Virus record (IMG/VR): IMGVR_UViG_3300032135_000015 | Location: 1-47,713 of that record | DNA from: a virus | Lineage: Duplodnaviria; Caudoviricetes | Direction: 5' to 3' (one strand) | Length of the DNA stretch: 47,713 bases | Part shown: piece after piece, positions 1-8,883 of the stretch | Layout of the letters: each line of letters starts with the position of its first letter | How positions within the stretch are numbered: the first letter of the stretch is position 1 | Notes under the pieces: model-generated | What the model was told of the DNA's origin: nothing | The model's input: only the letters and a program-made list of their open reading frames with translations | Database searches by the model: none | Position numbers and translations under genes: made by a program

Positions 1-777
1 AAGAAGGATCTGTCCGGCATTGACGCGACCACCTTCTTTGTTATGCACCTCATGGGGACGAAGGAGGGGATGAGCGAAGTGCTCGACGCCGAATTCTGGA
101 CCTCGGGATTCCTGGCTCGTTTCGTGTGGGCGATCGGCGACGAGATCGAGCAGACGGCCGAGAGCATGAAGCTCAACATTCGCCGCGGCGCCAAGCAGGG
201 CGAGTCGGACACCATGCCGAAGCAGTGGGCGGCCGAATTTCAGGCGTCCAAAGAGAAGCTCATGCGTGCCGGCCCCGGCGGCGGCGCTGTCGTGCTGCCC
301 GTGCTCATGGATATGACGGAGGAGGCCGAGGAGCGTCACAACGAGTTCACGCTCAAAGTCACCAGCACGATTGCCGGCCACAAAAACGAGTCCCGCCTGA
401 AGCCGACCTCGATCCGTTTCGGCTTGAACATCGTCAAATGCGCTGGGCTGGTCGCTCTCTCTGAAGGCCGCAAGGTCATCGAGTTGCGCGACGAGCTTAT
501 TGCCATCGAGCAATCCGAAGAATGGCTGACTAACATCTTTACAATGGTCAATGCGACCGACGAAACCGCGCTCACCCGCGACACGAACCGATTGGAGCAC
601 ATTATCGCCACGCAACAAGGTCAAGAAATTGACCTCACCAAGCTGCACACCCTGTCACCGCGTGAGCGCAAGCGCGATACTGAGGAGCTTCTGGAGCAAC
701 TCGCCGCCCGCGGCCGTATTTCGTTCCCCACCTTGACGGACGGTACCAAGCGAGTACGTCTGGCGCCGGCAGCATGA
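1..777 (+). CDS. C-terminal part of a replication protein (DUF3987/primase-helicase-associated-like); 5'-truncated by the window
   Basis: Frame 1 is open from base 1. Contains 'SGFLARF' and a helical C-terminus ending in a winged-helix-like segment. First gene of the visible + strand operon. Confidence 0.5.
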   Translation, partial: KKDLSGIDATTFFVMHLMGTKEGMSEVLDAEFWTSGFLARFVWAIGDEIEQTAESMKLNIRRGAKQGESDTMPKQWAAEFQASKEKLMRAGPGGGAVVLPVLMDMTEEAEERHNEFTLKVTSTIAGHKNESRLKPTSIRFGLNIVKCAGLVALSEGRKVIELRDELIAIEQSEEWLTNIFTMVNATDETALTRDTNRLEHIIATQQGQEIDLTKLHTLSPRERKRDTEELLEQLAARGRISFPTLTDGTKRVRLAPAA

Positions 778-1175
778 GCGCCCACCACCTCCCCGCCGTC
801 AATCACGCGCTGACCGTCCATGCCGACCACGCCAATTGGGACCGCGAGAAGCTGGTCAACGAGGCTCGCGCCCTGGCTGAATGGGGCGTGTTCTCCAACA
901 CTCACATCGCCGCGTTCACGGGCCTGCGCATCGGCATCGTCAACGGCATCACCGACAAGTCCGATCACACCGGTGGCACGCTTCGCCCTGAGGCGTTGAG
1001 CAAGGTCATCGAGGTCATCCGCATGTCTGTCCAGTCGGAGCGCACCCCTTCCGTCGCGGTCTCGGCACTGCGTTCGGGCGTATCCAGCATCATGCTCGCC
1101 CGCCTCACAGGGTTGCCCCAGACAACAATATCTCGCTGGCACCGGCAGGCCGTGGCTCGTGACAACGCACTCTGA
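774..1175 (+). CDS. Helix-turn-helix DNA-binding protein
   Basis: ATGA overlap with the upstream gene. HTH-like segments 'SNTHIAAFTGLRIGIV' and 'SIMLARLTGLPQTTISRW'. Confidence 0.65.
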   Translation: MSAHHLPAVNHALTVHADHANWDREKLVNEARALAEWGVFSNTHIAAFTGLRIGIVNGITDKSDHTGGTLRPEALSKVIEVIRMSVQSERTPSVAVSALRSGVSSIMLARLTGLPQTTISRWHRQAVARDNAL

Positions 1176-1551
1176 GCCGCTGGCCATCTGGCCGTGGCCG
1201 GCGCCGCCTGAGCAGCTTGAGGTTGTCCGCCAGGCCTACCTAGCCCTCGGCCTCGACTACTCGATCCTGCCGTGCCCGGCGGTTCCGGGCGGCCCCGTGC
1301 GGGTTCTCGCGCTGGGCTCGCCGGCGCCATTCCTGTGCGATAGTGCGGTAATCGCTCGGCCGCTGGCGCTAGACTCGGTCCTGCCGGGCTTGCGCTGGGT
1401 TCTGACGGGGGATGTCAACGACACCCGCGGCTACATGCTTGTGGATCAACTGACTTCCCTTCTGGGGGACGGAGTGAAGGAGATTGAGGACGATGGATCA
1501 GAAGAATTTAGACCGGGTGCGAGCAATAAATCGCGCGTTGCCTTTCGCTGA
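1159..1551 (+). CDS. Hypothetical protein
   Basis: 130-aa ORF in the tightly packed operon, GTG start. Confidence 0.6.
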   Translation: MTTHSEPLAIWPWPAPPEQLEVVRQAYLALGLDYSILPCPAVPGGPVRVLALGSPAPFLCDSAVIARPLALDSVLPGLRWVLTGDVNDTRGYMLVDQLTSLLGDGVKEIEDDGSEEFRPGASNKSRVAFR

Positions 1552-1711
1552 CCCGATCGCGCAGGGCACGACCTGGGAGGAGCGCCTCGCCGCTCACCCG
1601 CGGAGCATCTGGATAGCCAGGCACGGCTTCGACCCGGCGGCGCCGACCATGCGCGACCTGGAGAGTTGGCGGCGCATCGACGCTGACTTCCTGATCGACG
1701 GGATGCTGTGA
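1493..1711 (+). CDS. Hypothetical protein
   Basis: GAGGA before the ATG. GTGA overlap with the next gene. Confidence 0.55.
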   Translation: MDQKNLDRVRAINRALPFADPIAQGTTWEERLAAHPRSIWIARHGFDPAAPTMRDLESWRRIDADFLIDGML

Positions 1712-2418
1712 CCTACGCCGGCCCGCCCACCGACATGACGGAGACTTTCGCCTATGTGAAGTCGCTCTACGCGGTGGAGGAGGTAGACACGACGCCCCTG
1801 TTTTTCATCGCCAGCAAGACGGGCGACGTGGACCTGAAGGCCTTGGCCCGGTCGCCGAAAGCGATCCATAAGAAGGCGACCGAAATGGCCTGGCACGTCA
1901 ACTTCATCGAGACGGTCACGCGACACCGGGCCGTCTACCTGGAGAAGGATGGCGCCACCGTCAAAAAGGACGGGACCAAGAGCCTGAAAGGCGATCTGAA
2001 GTCGGAGGCGAAAGACGTGCGCCACCTGTTCATGCACGCCCAAGACCCTTCCGGGCAGGTCGGATTCCGCGCGACATGGAAAGACAACTCGTTCATCGAC
2101 GTGCTCGTGCGCGACCCGTATGGCATCCAGGTGGAACTGTATTTCGACTACGAGCCCGACCACCTCACCAAGAACGCGCGCGGCGACAAGAACGCGAACG
2201 AGATTGCCGACACCTGTGACGCCGCCTACAACGACGGCACGATGGTGAAGACCAAGCGCAAGGTGTTCGGCACTGCGGCACGATTCAACGAGTGGCTGGA
2301 TTTCTGGCTGCTCGCCACCGGCCATGAGGTCAAGAAGAAGGCGCCCAAGAAGGCACCGAAACCGGAGGTATCAGAAATGGAACTACTCGCTGGAGCAGAA
2401 TGGCAAGCCAAGGCATGA
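1708..2418 (+). CDS. Hypothetical protein
   Basis: 236-aa ORF, GC3-rich codons, 4-nt overlaps at both ends. Confidence 0.75.
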   Translation: MTYAGPPTDMTETFAYVKSLYAVEEVDTTPLFFIASKTGDVDLKALARSPKAIHKKATEMAWHVNFIETVTRHRAVYLEKDGATVKKDGTKSLKGDLKSEAKDVRHLFMHAQDPSGQVGFRATWKDNSFIDVLVRDPYGIQVELYFDYEPDHLTKNARGDKNANEIADTCDAAYNDGTMVKTKRKVFGTAARFNEWLDFWLLATGHEVKKKAPKKAPKPEVSEMELLAGAEWQAKA

Positions 2419-2933
2419 CCTACCTGCTCACCATCGACCCTGGCCGCTCCACAGGCATCGCTCTCGGCTTCTACGACGCGATCACCCCGTACCGGCTCAT
2501 CGAGCGGTGGAACGTGCTCGGCGGGGTTGCCGGCTTCATCCACTGGTGGAAGACGACGGACATTTCTTTCGATGAAATCGTTATCGAGTCGTTTGTGCTG
2601 GACCCGGACAACAAGTTCAGCGCCGACCTCACGCCAGTCCAGATTGAGGGCATGATTATGGCCTTGCTCTACGGCTCGGGCCTTTCGCTTGTGTGGCAGC
2701 CGCGCACCGACAAGGCGGGGCTCAAGCCGTATCCGAAAGACTGCACGACCTCGACGCAGCGGCAGCGGTTCCGGTTCGACTTCCTGGACCAGTTCGGCCT
2801 GTTTGCCGCCGGCGCCGCCAACGATGACAGCAACGACGCTGTCACTCATGCGCTTGTCCACCTGAAGCGGCTGAGGCACATGCCGAGCATGCTGGCCTTC
2901 TGGCCGCCGCGACCGCTCAAGGCAGTCGCGTAG
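2415..2933 (+). CDS. RuvC-like Holliday junction resolvase
   Basis: N-terminal 'LLTIDPGRSTGIA', internal 'IVIE' and C-terminal 'DSNDA' acidic catalytic pattern. Confidence 0.8.
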   Translation: MTYLLTIDPGRSTGIALGFYDAITPYRLIERWNVLGGVAGFIHWWKTTDISFDEIVIESFVLDPDNKFSADLTPVQIEGMIMALLYGSGLSLVWQPRTDKAGLKPYPKDCTTSTQRQRFRFDFLDQFGLFAAGAANDDSNDAVTHALVHLKRLRHMPSMLAFWPPRPLKAVA

Positions 2934-2944
2934 CACGCACAGCG

Positions 2945-2975
2945 AAAGGCCCCGGCTCAATGAGCACGGGGCCTT
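2945..2975. terminator. Bidirectional intrinsic terminator between convergent operons
   Basis: aaaggccccg...cggggccttt hairpin between the + operon and the - lysis genes. Confidence 0.8.
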
Positions 2976-2996
2976 TGCTAGATTCTGACCAACTCC

Positions 2997-3233
2997 TTAT
3001 TCGGGGGTGACATCCTCAACGACAACGGCGTCAGGCGACAGGTTCTTGAGCGCGAGGACGGCGCCGGCGGTAGCGATTACCGAGGCAGCGATGGCCAGGA
3101 TGTTTCCGCCAACACTCTCGGAGATCACACCGACGAGCACGAGCAAGGGAACAATGGCCGCGACGATTCCGTAGATCGACTGGCGGACGCTGGCGGTGAG
3201 CGTCTTGCGCTTGGTTTCTGTGGTGCTGGTCAT
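2997..3233 (-). CDS. Holin
   Basis: Two hydrophobic helices and a basic N-terminus. Downstream of the endolysin. AAGGAG RBS before ATG 3233. Confidence 0.75.
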   Translation of the reverse strand: MTSTTETKRKTLTASVRQSIYGIVAAIVPLLVLVGVISESVGGNILAIAASVIATAGAVLALKNLSPDAVVVEDVTPE

Positions 3234-3279
3234 CGGGCGAGTCTCCTTCGTGGTGGTCATGTGATTGGGGTCTGCTCGC

Positions 3280-3654
3280 CTAGGCGGCGAAAAGCTTCTC
3301 GGCTACGGTGAGACCGATTGCGACGATGGCGAGGATGAAGGCACCGACTGCCGGCCAGGCGCGGCGCTCGGTCCTGCGCAATGCCATAGCGGCGTCCTGC
3401 TCGGCCTTGTGAGTGGCGAGTGCGGCGTCCTGCTCGGCCTTGTTCGCGGCGATGTCGGAGCGGTCCTGCGCGGTCACGGTCTTGAGCGTGGCAATGTCTA
3501 CGGAGTGGTTTTGTACGGTGGTATTGAGGATGTCCACGCTGGAGTCGATCTTGTCGATCGTCTTCTGCATGTGAACCTGTCCGACCATCATCTGACCGAT
3601 GGCCACGGCCACCCCAGTAATATCCGTGGGAGCATTTTCCTCAGGGGCGGGCAC
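3280..3654 (-). CDS. Membrane-anchored coiled-coil protein of the lysis cassette
   Basis: Coiled coil with a duplicated KAEQDAA, one C-terminal TM helix, between endolysin and holin. Confidence 0.65.
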   Translation of the reverse strand: MPAPEENAPTDITGVAVAIGQMMVGQVHMQKTIDKIDSSVDILNTTVQNHSVDIATLKTVTAQDRSDIAANKAEQDAALATHKAEQDAAMALRRTERRAWPAVGAFILAIVAIGLTVAEKLFAA

Positions 3655-3755
3655 TAGATCGACAGATTTCTCGTGTGTGATGTGTGCTGTGTCATATGCC
3701 TGCCCCTGAGTCCTTGCTGTGTGTTACCTGTATAGTCTAACCCGCATTTAGTGCG

Positions 3756-4955
3756 CTACGGGCGCTTGAGCCCGAGACGGAAGCCATTCCATGACATCGT
3801 GCCCAGCGCCTTGTCGATCGGACCAATGTATGACCCGAACCGCTCGGCGTAAACCTGGAGGAAGTAGCACGTCATTTCACCCGGAATCCCGTCGAGCAGG
3901 CCGGTGTAGCCGACGTTGCGCAGCGTCAACTGGATGGCAGCGATGGTCAGCCCTCCGAAGATGCCGTCGACACGACCCGAGTAGCGCCCGCGGTCTTTCA
4001 AGAACTGCTGGATGTCGCGCTGCACCGTGCTGGTCGGCAGCTCCCAGTGCCATGACGCCTGCGGAGCCGCGGACGGGGCGCTCTTGGCCGGCCCGGAGCC
4101 GCCCGCACGCCCGAGGGCCGCGTACGTTCCTTCGCCAGGCAGGCCGTCGATCCAGCCGGTGTACTCCCACGAGGCGGCCAGCCATCGCTGGGCGGCCATC
4201 CACGAGAGCAGTCCGGGCGCACCGTTCTGGACGCCGTCATATTCGTAGTGTGCAGCCAGGAACTTCTGGAGCGCGATCCACGACAGGTCACCGAGCACGC
4301 CGTCAACGAGGCCGGCGTAGCCCCAGTCAGCCGCGAGCCACTCCTGCACGCCGATCAGCCCGGCCTTGCCGGCCGCGTTGCCGTAGTCGACAGCCACGAC
4401 GGGAGAACCGAAGGAGACGGGCGTGATGGGGAGGTATGCAACTGCGGAGCCGGGTCCACGGATGGTGAGCGCGCGGCCCACGTTGCCGTCCAGGTCCAGG
4501 GCGCCAGGGCAGGCGGTCGGGTAGCCGGCTCCGTGACGGGTAAACACCTCGCGGTGGCCAATCGCCTGCGTGCGGTTGAGGATCATGCCGCGGCGGGCCG
4601 TGATTTCGGCGGTCAGTCGTGCGGCGGCCTCGGCGGCGGCTTCAGAGATGGGCCAGCCGAAAGCGTCACCGTAGGAGGCGTTCTCGATCTCGTAGACGAT
4701 GGCGCGCGAGTCGAAAGAGACGCTGGAAAGTGACCACGCGCGGTTTTCTTCCGGCACGACGCCGACGATTTCGCCTTCGTTGCTGATCGCGTAGTGGCAC
4801 GAACCCTGCTTGCGGCCCGAGATCCACGAGTTGAGCACGCCTTGAAAGGATGTGCTGGCCATGTGGTGATAGACGATGAAGTCCACCACTCGGCCGTTGC
4901 GGCTGGACTGGTTGGGCGTGGTGACGGTGCGGGTGACGTGTCCGCTGAAAGTCAT
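3756..4955 (-). CDS. Endolysin: N-acetylmuramoyl-L-alanine amidase with peptidoglycan-binding repeats
   Basis: Amidase_2 motifs 'VYHH', 'SCHY', 'GHRE', 'TACPG'. Repeated 'DG..G..(S/T)..A.Q' wall-binding units. Confidence 0.9.
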   Translation of the reverse strand: MTFSGHVTRTVTTPNQSSRNGRVVDFIVYHHMASTSFQGVLNSWISGRKQGSCHYAISNEGEIVGVVPEENRAWSLSSVSFDSRAIVYEIENASYGDAFGWPISEAAAEAAARLTAEITARRGMILNRTQAIGHREVFTRHGAGYPTACPGALDLDGNVGRALTIRGPGSAVAYLPITPVSFGSPVVAVDYGNAAGKAGLIGVQEWLAADWGYAGLVDGVLGDLSWIALQKFLAAHYEYDGVQNGAPGLLSWMAAQRWLAASWEYTGWIDGLPGEGTYAALGRAGGSGPAKSAPSAAPQASWHWELPTSTVQRDIQQFLKDRGRYSGRVDGIFGGLTIAAIQLTLRNVGYTGLLDGIPGEMTCYFLQVYAERFGSYIGPIDKALGTMSWNGFRLGLKRP

Positions 4956-4988
4956 GGGTTTCTCCTTGGGTGAGGGCGGGGTGATGCG

Positions 4989-5720
4989 TTAGTAGACGGG
5001 CGGGCCGACGTAGCGCATGACGAATCGCGCACTGAAGCCGAGCCCGGCGCCGTTGTTGTGAAAAGCAGAGCAACGGACGTAGTCGGATGTGCCATTGAAT
5101 CGGAACTGGTCAATAGAGGCGTTCGCGTGACCTGTCGGCTGGACACTGTTGCTCAGGATTGACATAGTGATGCTGCCGCTCTGAATTCCGCCGGTGTTGT
5201 TGCGCTTCAGGCGAGTCAGGCGAGACCCGCTCACGCCGGAATCCCAGCCCGACGTGAGCGAGTAGGTATACATTCCAGGAATAGTGGGCGTAACGTCGGA
5301 GCCACCGGGATGCCATGAGTGATTGTCACTCTCCTCCACCCAGACCGGCGCATAATCCTCGGTGCTGCCGATGGTGCGTTCCAGGTTGTTCGGGAAAGAT
5401 GATCCGGTGGCGGTCAGGATGCAGACGGGCAGGTTGCCCGAGATCGGGTACCAGCCGGCCGGGCTCGCGCCGCCCATGTTGGAGACAGAGAACAGGTCGA
5501 AGTAGGCCTCGGTCCAGCCCTTGTCCGTGCGGTACATCCGGTCACCCTGAATGGGGTTGGGCCGGCGAGTGTCGCGTTCGGCGGCGCTGGCGCTGCGTCC
5601 GACTGACTCGTTGAGGGCCTCCTCCATCTGCGTGCTCTGGAGGTTGAGGGCAGCGTTGAGCGGGTCAACGAGATCCCCGTCCTCGAATAGCGGTAGTTCC
5701 CAGTTCTCAGTTGTCAGCAT
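4989..5720 (-). CDS. Minor tail protein
   Basis: Last gene of the tail cluster. 'S.AERD...P.P.QG...YRTD' motif typical of actinophage minor tail proteins, with a beta-rich C-terminus. Confidence 0.7.
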   Translation of the reverse strand: MLTTENWELPLFEDGDLVDPLNAALNLQSTQMEEALNESVGRSASAAERDTRRPNPIQGDRMYRTDKGWTEAYFDLFSVSNMGGASPAGWYPISGNLPVCILTATGSSFPNNLERTIGSTEDYAPVWVEESDNHSWHPGGSDVTPTIPGMYTYSLTSGWDSGVSGSRLTRLKRNNTGGIQSGSITMSILSNSVQPTGHANASIDQFRFNGTSDYVRCSAFHNNGAGLGFSARFVMRYVGPPVY

Positions 5721-5735
5721 TCTATCAGCTTACCA

Positions 5736-6509
5736 TCAGGCTACCGCCTCGACCACGATCAGCGGGGACGCCACGAAGGCGCCAGGGCGCAGTCCGTAGC
5801 ACTCGACGCGCACCGTGGCGGCCACGTTTTGCGGGATGAACTGAATCCAGGTGCGGCTCGTGGACGCCTCGCTCACATCGGTCAAGAGAAGCTCGGCGGT
5901 CTTGGCTGCCCAGTTTGCGATGGCCTCGCCCCGATCCCGCACGCCGGCAATCGAATAGGTGACGAGAGCGCCGGCGCCATAGGCCGAGACCGTGATGCGA
6001 ATTAGTCCACTAGCGGACGTGATCGTCGTTGACGGCCGCAGCGCGCCATCCGTAGTCCACAGGTCCGATGCCACCGGCTCGGGCGGCGGGTCCGGTTCCA
6101 ACCGGTCCATGATGTATGGGTACGGGTCTTGGACCTGCCCCGAGTAGACGCCCAATCTTTCGACGGAGAGGGTGAGGTGAAGGTGGTTTCCAGTGGAGGC
6201 ACTGCCGCTCGTGCCGACATAATTGACGATCTGCCCACGGGCAACCGGGTCGCCAACATTCAGCGGGCTCGCGTTCCAACTGTGCGAGTAGCCGCTGAAC
6301 ATGCCGTCCGGGTGTTCCACGACGGTGACCTGGCCGAGCACGCTGGAGCTGCCCTTGTAGGAGATCGTGCCGTCCGCGATTGACGGGATGGGCGTGCCGC
6401 CGGCTTGCGGGAAGTCGAGGCCGCGGTGCGGGTTGGTGCGCGGCGGCTGTGTCGAGCCGAAGCCGTCCCAGAGTGCGGGGTTGTCGAATGGAAGCTGATA
6501 CTGAGTCAT
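5736..6509 (-). CDS. M23 zinc metallopeptidase fused to a minor-tail C-terminal domain
   Basis: HxxxD (HRGLD) and HxH (HLHL) motifs and a Pro-rich linker. The C-terminal domain is similar to that of 6514..7095. Start placed at MTQYQLPF. Confidence 0.85.
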   Translation of the reverse strand: MTQYQLPFDNPALWDGFGSTQPPRTNPHRGLDFPQAGGTPIPSIADGTISYKGSSSVLGQVTVVEHPDGMFSGYSHSWNASPLNVGDPVARGQIVNYVGTSGSASTGNHLHLTLSVERLGVYSGQVQDPYPYIMDRLEPDPPPEPVASDLWTTDGALRPSTTITSASGLIRITVSAYGAGALVTYSIAGVRDRGEAIANWAAKTAELLLTDVSEASTSRTWIQFIPQNVAATVRVECYGLRPGAFVASPLIVVEAVA

Positions 6510-6513
6510 GGCG

Positions 6514-7095
6514 CTAGTGGGGGAGAACTTGGACGATGAGGGACGGGGAGGCGATGATCGGGCTCGTGCCGACGCCGAACGCCTCGGCCTGCACGAGGAT
6601 CGGGGTGTTGACCGGCACGTTCTGAACCCATTCCTTCTGCGAGCTTCCTGTCGCGCTGCCGCCAGGCAGGACGAGTTGCGCGGACTGGTTGAGGTAGCTG
6701 GATACCGAGTCCGCACGGTCCACAACGCCGGCGATGGAGTAGGTCATCATGGCGTTGTGGCCATAGGCCGAGATCGTAATGGCGATCCGCCCGGACGGCG
6801 AGGTGACAGTCACGGACGGGCGGATGGCCGCCGTCGTGCTCCAGCCGTTCACTGGAATCACGGTATCCCCGGTGCGCGTCGAGGAGCTTTTCACGATGAG
6901 CGACAAGAGGTACTCGTTGCGAATGCGAATCTGATCGAGCACGACGTTGAGCCGAGTGATCGAAGACTGGAGGGCGCGGTCGGTGTTCTGCAACTCCATC
7001 GTGGTGCGGGCAAGGGCTTGCTGGCTGGCACGGTTCGTCTTGTCCATGTTGCGCGCCCACTGCTGTGAATCTGGGTTGAGGCTCGGGTTGGCCAC
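6514..7095 (-). CDS. Minor tail protein
   Basis: N-terminal coiled coil plus beta-rich domain, within the tail cluster. Confidence 0.75.
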   Translation of the reverse strand: MANPSLNPDSQQWARNMDKTNRASQQALARTTMELQNTDRALQSSITRLNVVLDQIRIRNEYLLSLIVKSSSTRTGDTVIPVNGWSTTAAIRPSVTVTSPSGRIAITISAYGHNAMMTYSIAGVVDRADSVSSYLNQSAQLVLPGGSATGSSQKEWVQNVPVNTPILVQAEAFGVGTSPIIASPSLIVQVLPH

Positions 7096-7097
7096 GA

Positions 7098-7340
7098 TCA
7101 GACTCCGATCGCTTGGGTGCGTGAGTCGGTGTTCACGATGGCCAGCGAGGCGATGTAGAGGTTGATCGTCTCGGCTCGCAAGGCCACGTTGGTCGCTCGG
7201 GTGATGCTCGCCTGGAGATCCTTGTCAGACAGGGCGGCGGCGCGCTGGGCGTCCGACAGGGACTTGCTCATCCCGTTCACGGACGCGGTCACCTCGCGGC
7301 CCCATTGCTGGGAGGCGGGATTGAGGGAGGGGTGTGACAT
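7098..7340 (-). CDS. Short paralog of the N-terminal half of the 6514..7095 minor tail protein
   Basis: MSHPSLNPASQQWGR...LQASITR versus MANPSLNPDSQQWAR...LQSSITR. Confidence 0.7.
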   Translation of the reverse strand: MSHPSLNPASQQWGREVTASVNGMSKSLSDAQRAAALSDKDLQASITRATNVALRAETINLYIASLAIVNTDSRTQAIGV

Positions 7341-8780
7341 TTATAGCTCCAGGTCATTGCGTAGCGGGTTGATGGACTGCTGGCCGAAGGTGGTCTGGAA
7401 TCCGGCCAGCGTTTCGCGGAAGCGACCGAACGGCACCCCGCCGTAGACGCGGTTGAAATCCGCGAACGTGACCCGGCTTTCCGCGGCGCCGCTGATACTG
7501 CTGGAGTTGATCGTGGTGGAGCGCACGCGATAGATGGACGTGCCGAAACCGATCATGGAGCCCGCGATGTTGCCGAACTCCTGCTCGCCCTTGTCGTACT
7601 GTTTCTGGCTGAACGTGAGCGTTTTCTTCGGACCTGCGAAGGAGCAGGCGGCTTCGAGCCCGGCCGTGAGGGCCTGCGCCTTCGTCGTCATGAACAAGTT
7701 GTCGACGGTCACGCCTACGACAGTGCTCGTCGTCGCGGCGCTGGCGCCCGTCCTGAGCGTGATGAGCTTCTTGTCGAAGGCCACGCCGGTCCCGCGGATC
7801 TGAAGCGCAGGGTAGCCTTCCAGGCCCTCGGCGATGCGGAACGGTGCCTTGCCCAGGTAATCCGAGGTGGGGCCGGTGATGGTCACCTCGATCTCATACG
7901 GATTCTCGGTGATCCGGGTGGTGATTTTCCCGCCGTTGTCGTTCCACCACTGCACGGGGATGGGCAGCCCGTCCGAACCTGAGACGCGGTAGCCGCCGTC
8001 GTAGATGTCCGGCTCCATGTTCTCGCTCATCGGCCCGGGGGTGGAGACGCCGATGAGGGAGGAGTCAAGCTGCAAGAGCGTTTTCGTCTGCCCGTTCACG
8101 TCCACGTTGTAGGCACTGTCCGCCTCGAAGATCACGGCGTCCTGGATGACTTTGGTGCCGTACTGGTAGATTTCCACGGTCTGCGCGGCGTTTTCGATGC
8201 TGACCGTCTGCCCGACCGAGGCGGTGGAAAACAGGCTCATGCCGCGCTCGCTCGGTTCGCGCAGGACAATGATGCCGTCGATCAGCGCCGTCTCGGTGCG
8301 CATGGCCACGTTGAGCATTTTGACGTGATCCCAGACGTTGCCGCGCCAGCCGGGAAACGAGACCATGCGCTCAAGGTAGATCGGGTCGGGCGCGATCATC
8401 GAGGCGCCAATGCCGGACAACTGGAGGTACTGGCTGAAGGCGTAGTAGAGGGACACGTTCATCATGGGCGGCATGGTGCGCTCGGTGTTGAGGCGCCCGA
8501 GCAGGCTGTCGGTTCCGAACGTGGCACGGCCGCCGGCGACAGAGACGCTTTTGACCTCCATTTGCAGCCGCCCGCGAGCAGGGTCCGCGAGGACCACGTC
8601 GGTCCCGACAAACGAGATGGAGTCGTTCGTGGCGACCGCGGAGATGCTCGCCTGCCCGACCGAGCCGGTGGCGTCCGCGGGGTTCAGCGGCGTCGAGTCC
8701 TCCGTCACGGAGTAGGAGAAAAGCTCGCCAACGGGCGTGTGAACTGCGCGATCTTTGAGGGTGAGGGTGGTTGCGACCAT
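7341..8780 (-). CDS. Minor tail protein (baseplate hub-like)
   Basis: 479 aa, beta-rich, in the post-tape-measure tail cluster. Confidence 0.7.
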   Translation of the reverse strand: MVATTLTLKDRAVHTPVGELFSYSVTEDSTPLNPADATGSVGQASISAVATNDSISFVGTDVVLADPARGRLQMEVKSVSVAGGRATFGTDSLLGRLNTERTMPPMMNVSLYYAFSQYLQLSGIGASMIAPDPIYLERMVSFPGWRGNVWDHVKMLNVAMRTETALIDGIIVLREPSERGMSLFSTASVGQTVSIENAAQTVEIYQYGTKVIQDAVIFEADSAYNVDVNGQTKTLLQLDSSLIGVSTPGPMSENMEPDIYDGGYRVSGSDGLPIPVQWWNDNGGKITTRITENPYEIEVTITGPTSDYLGKAPFRIAEGLEGYPALQIRGTGVAFDKKLITLRTGASAATTSTVVGVTVDNLFMTTKAQALTAGLEAACSFAGPKKTLTFSQKQYDKGEQEFGNIAGSMIGFGTSIYRVRSTTINSSSISGAAESRVTFADFNRVYGGVPFGRFRETLAGFQTTFGQQSINPLRNDLEL

Positions 8781-8830
8781 TCACTGATTCTATCAGGCAA
8801 CACTCAGGATGCCGCCGGCGCACGCGGACG

Positions 8831-8858
8831 CCCCGCCCTGGCGAACCGGGACGGGGCG
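8831..8858 (-). terminator. Probable terminator hairpin after the SGNH gene
   Basis: GC-rich imperfect stem-loop ccccgccctggcgaaccgggacggggcg. Confidence 0.45.
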
Positions 8859-8883
8859 AACTAACTGGGTCAGTTAGACGGGG

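Noticed and set aside
3233-3260. Holin/antiholin dual start
   Set aside because: Only the second ATG has an RBS, and the 9-codon spacing does not match known dual-start motifs.
6510-6725. N-terminal extension of the M23 ORF given in the track
   Set aside because: It overlaps the 193-aa gene in another frame. The likely start is ATG 6509.
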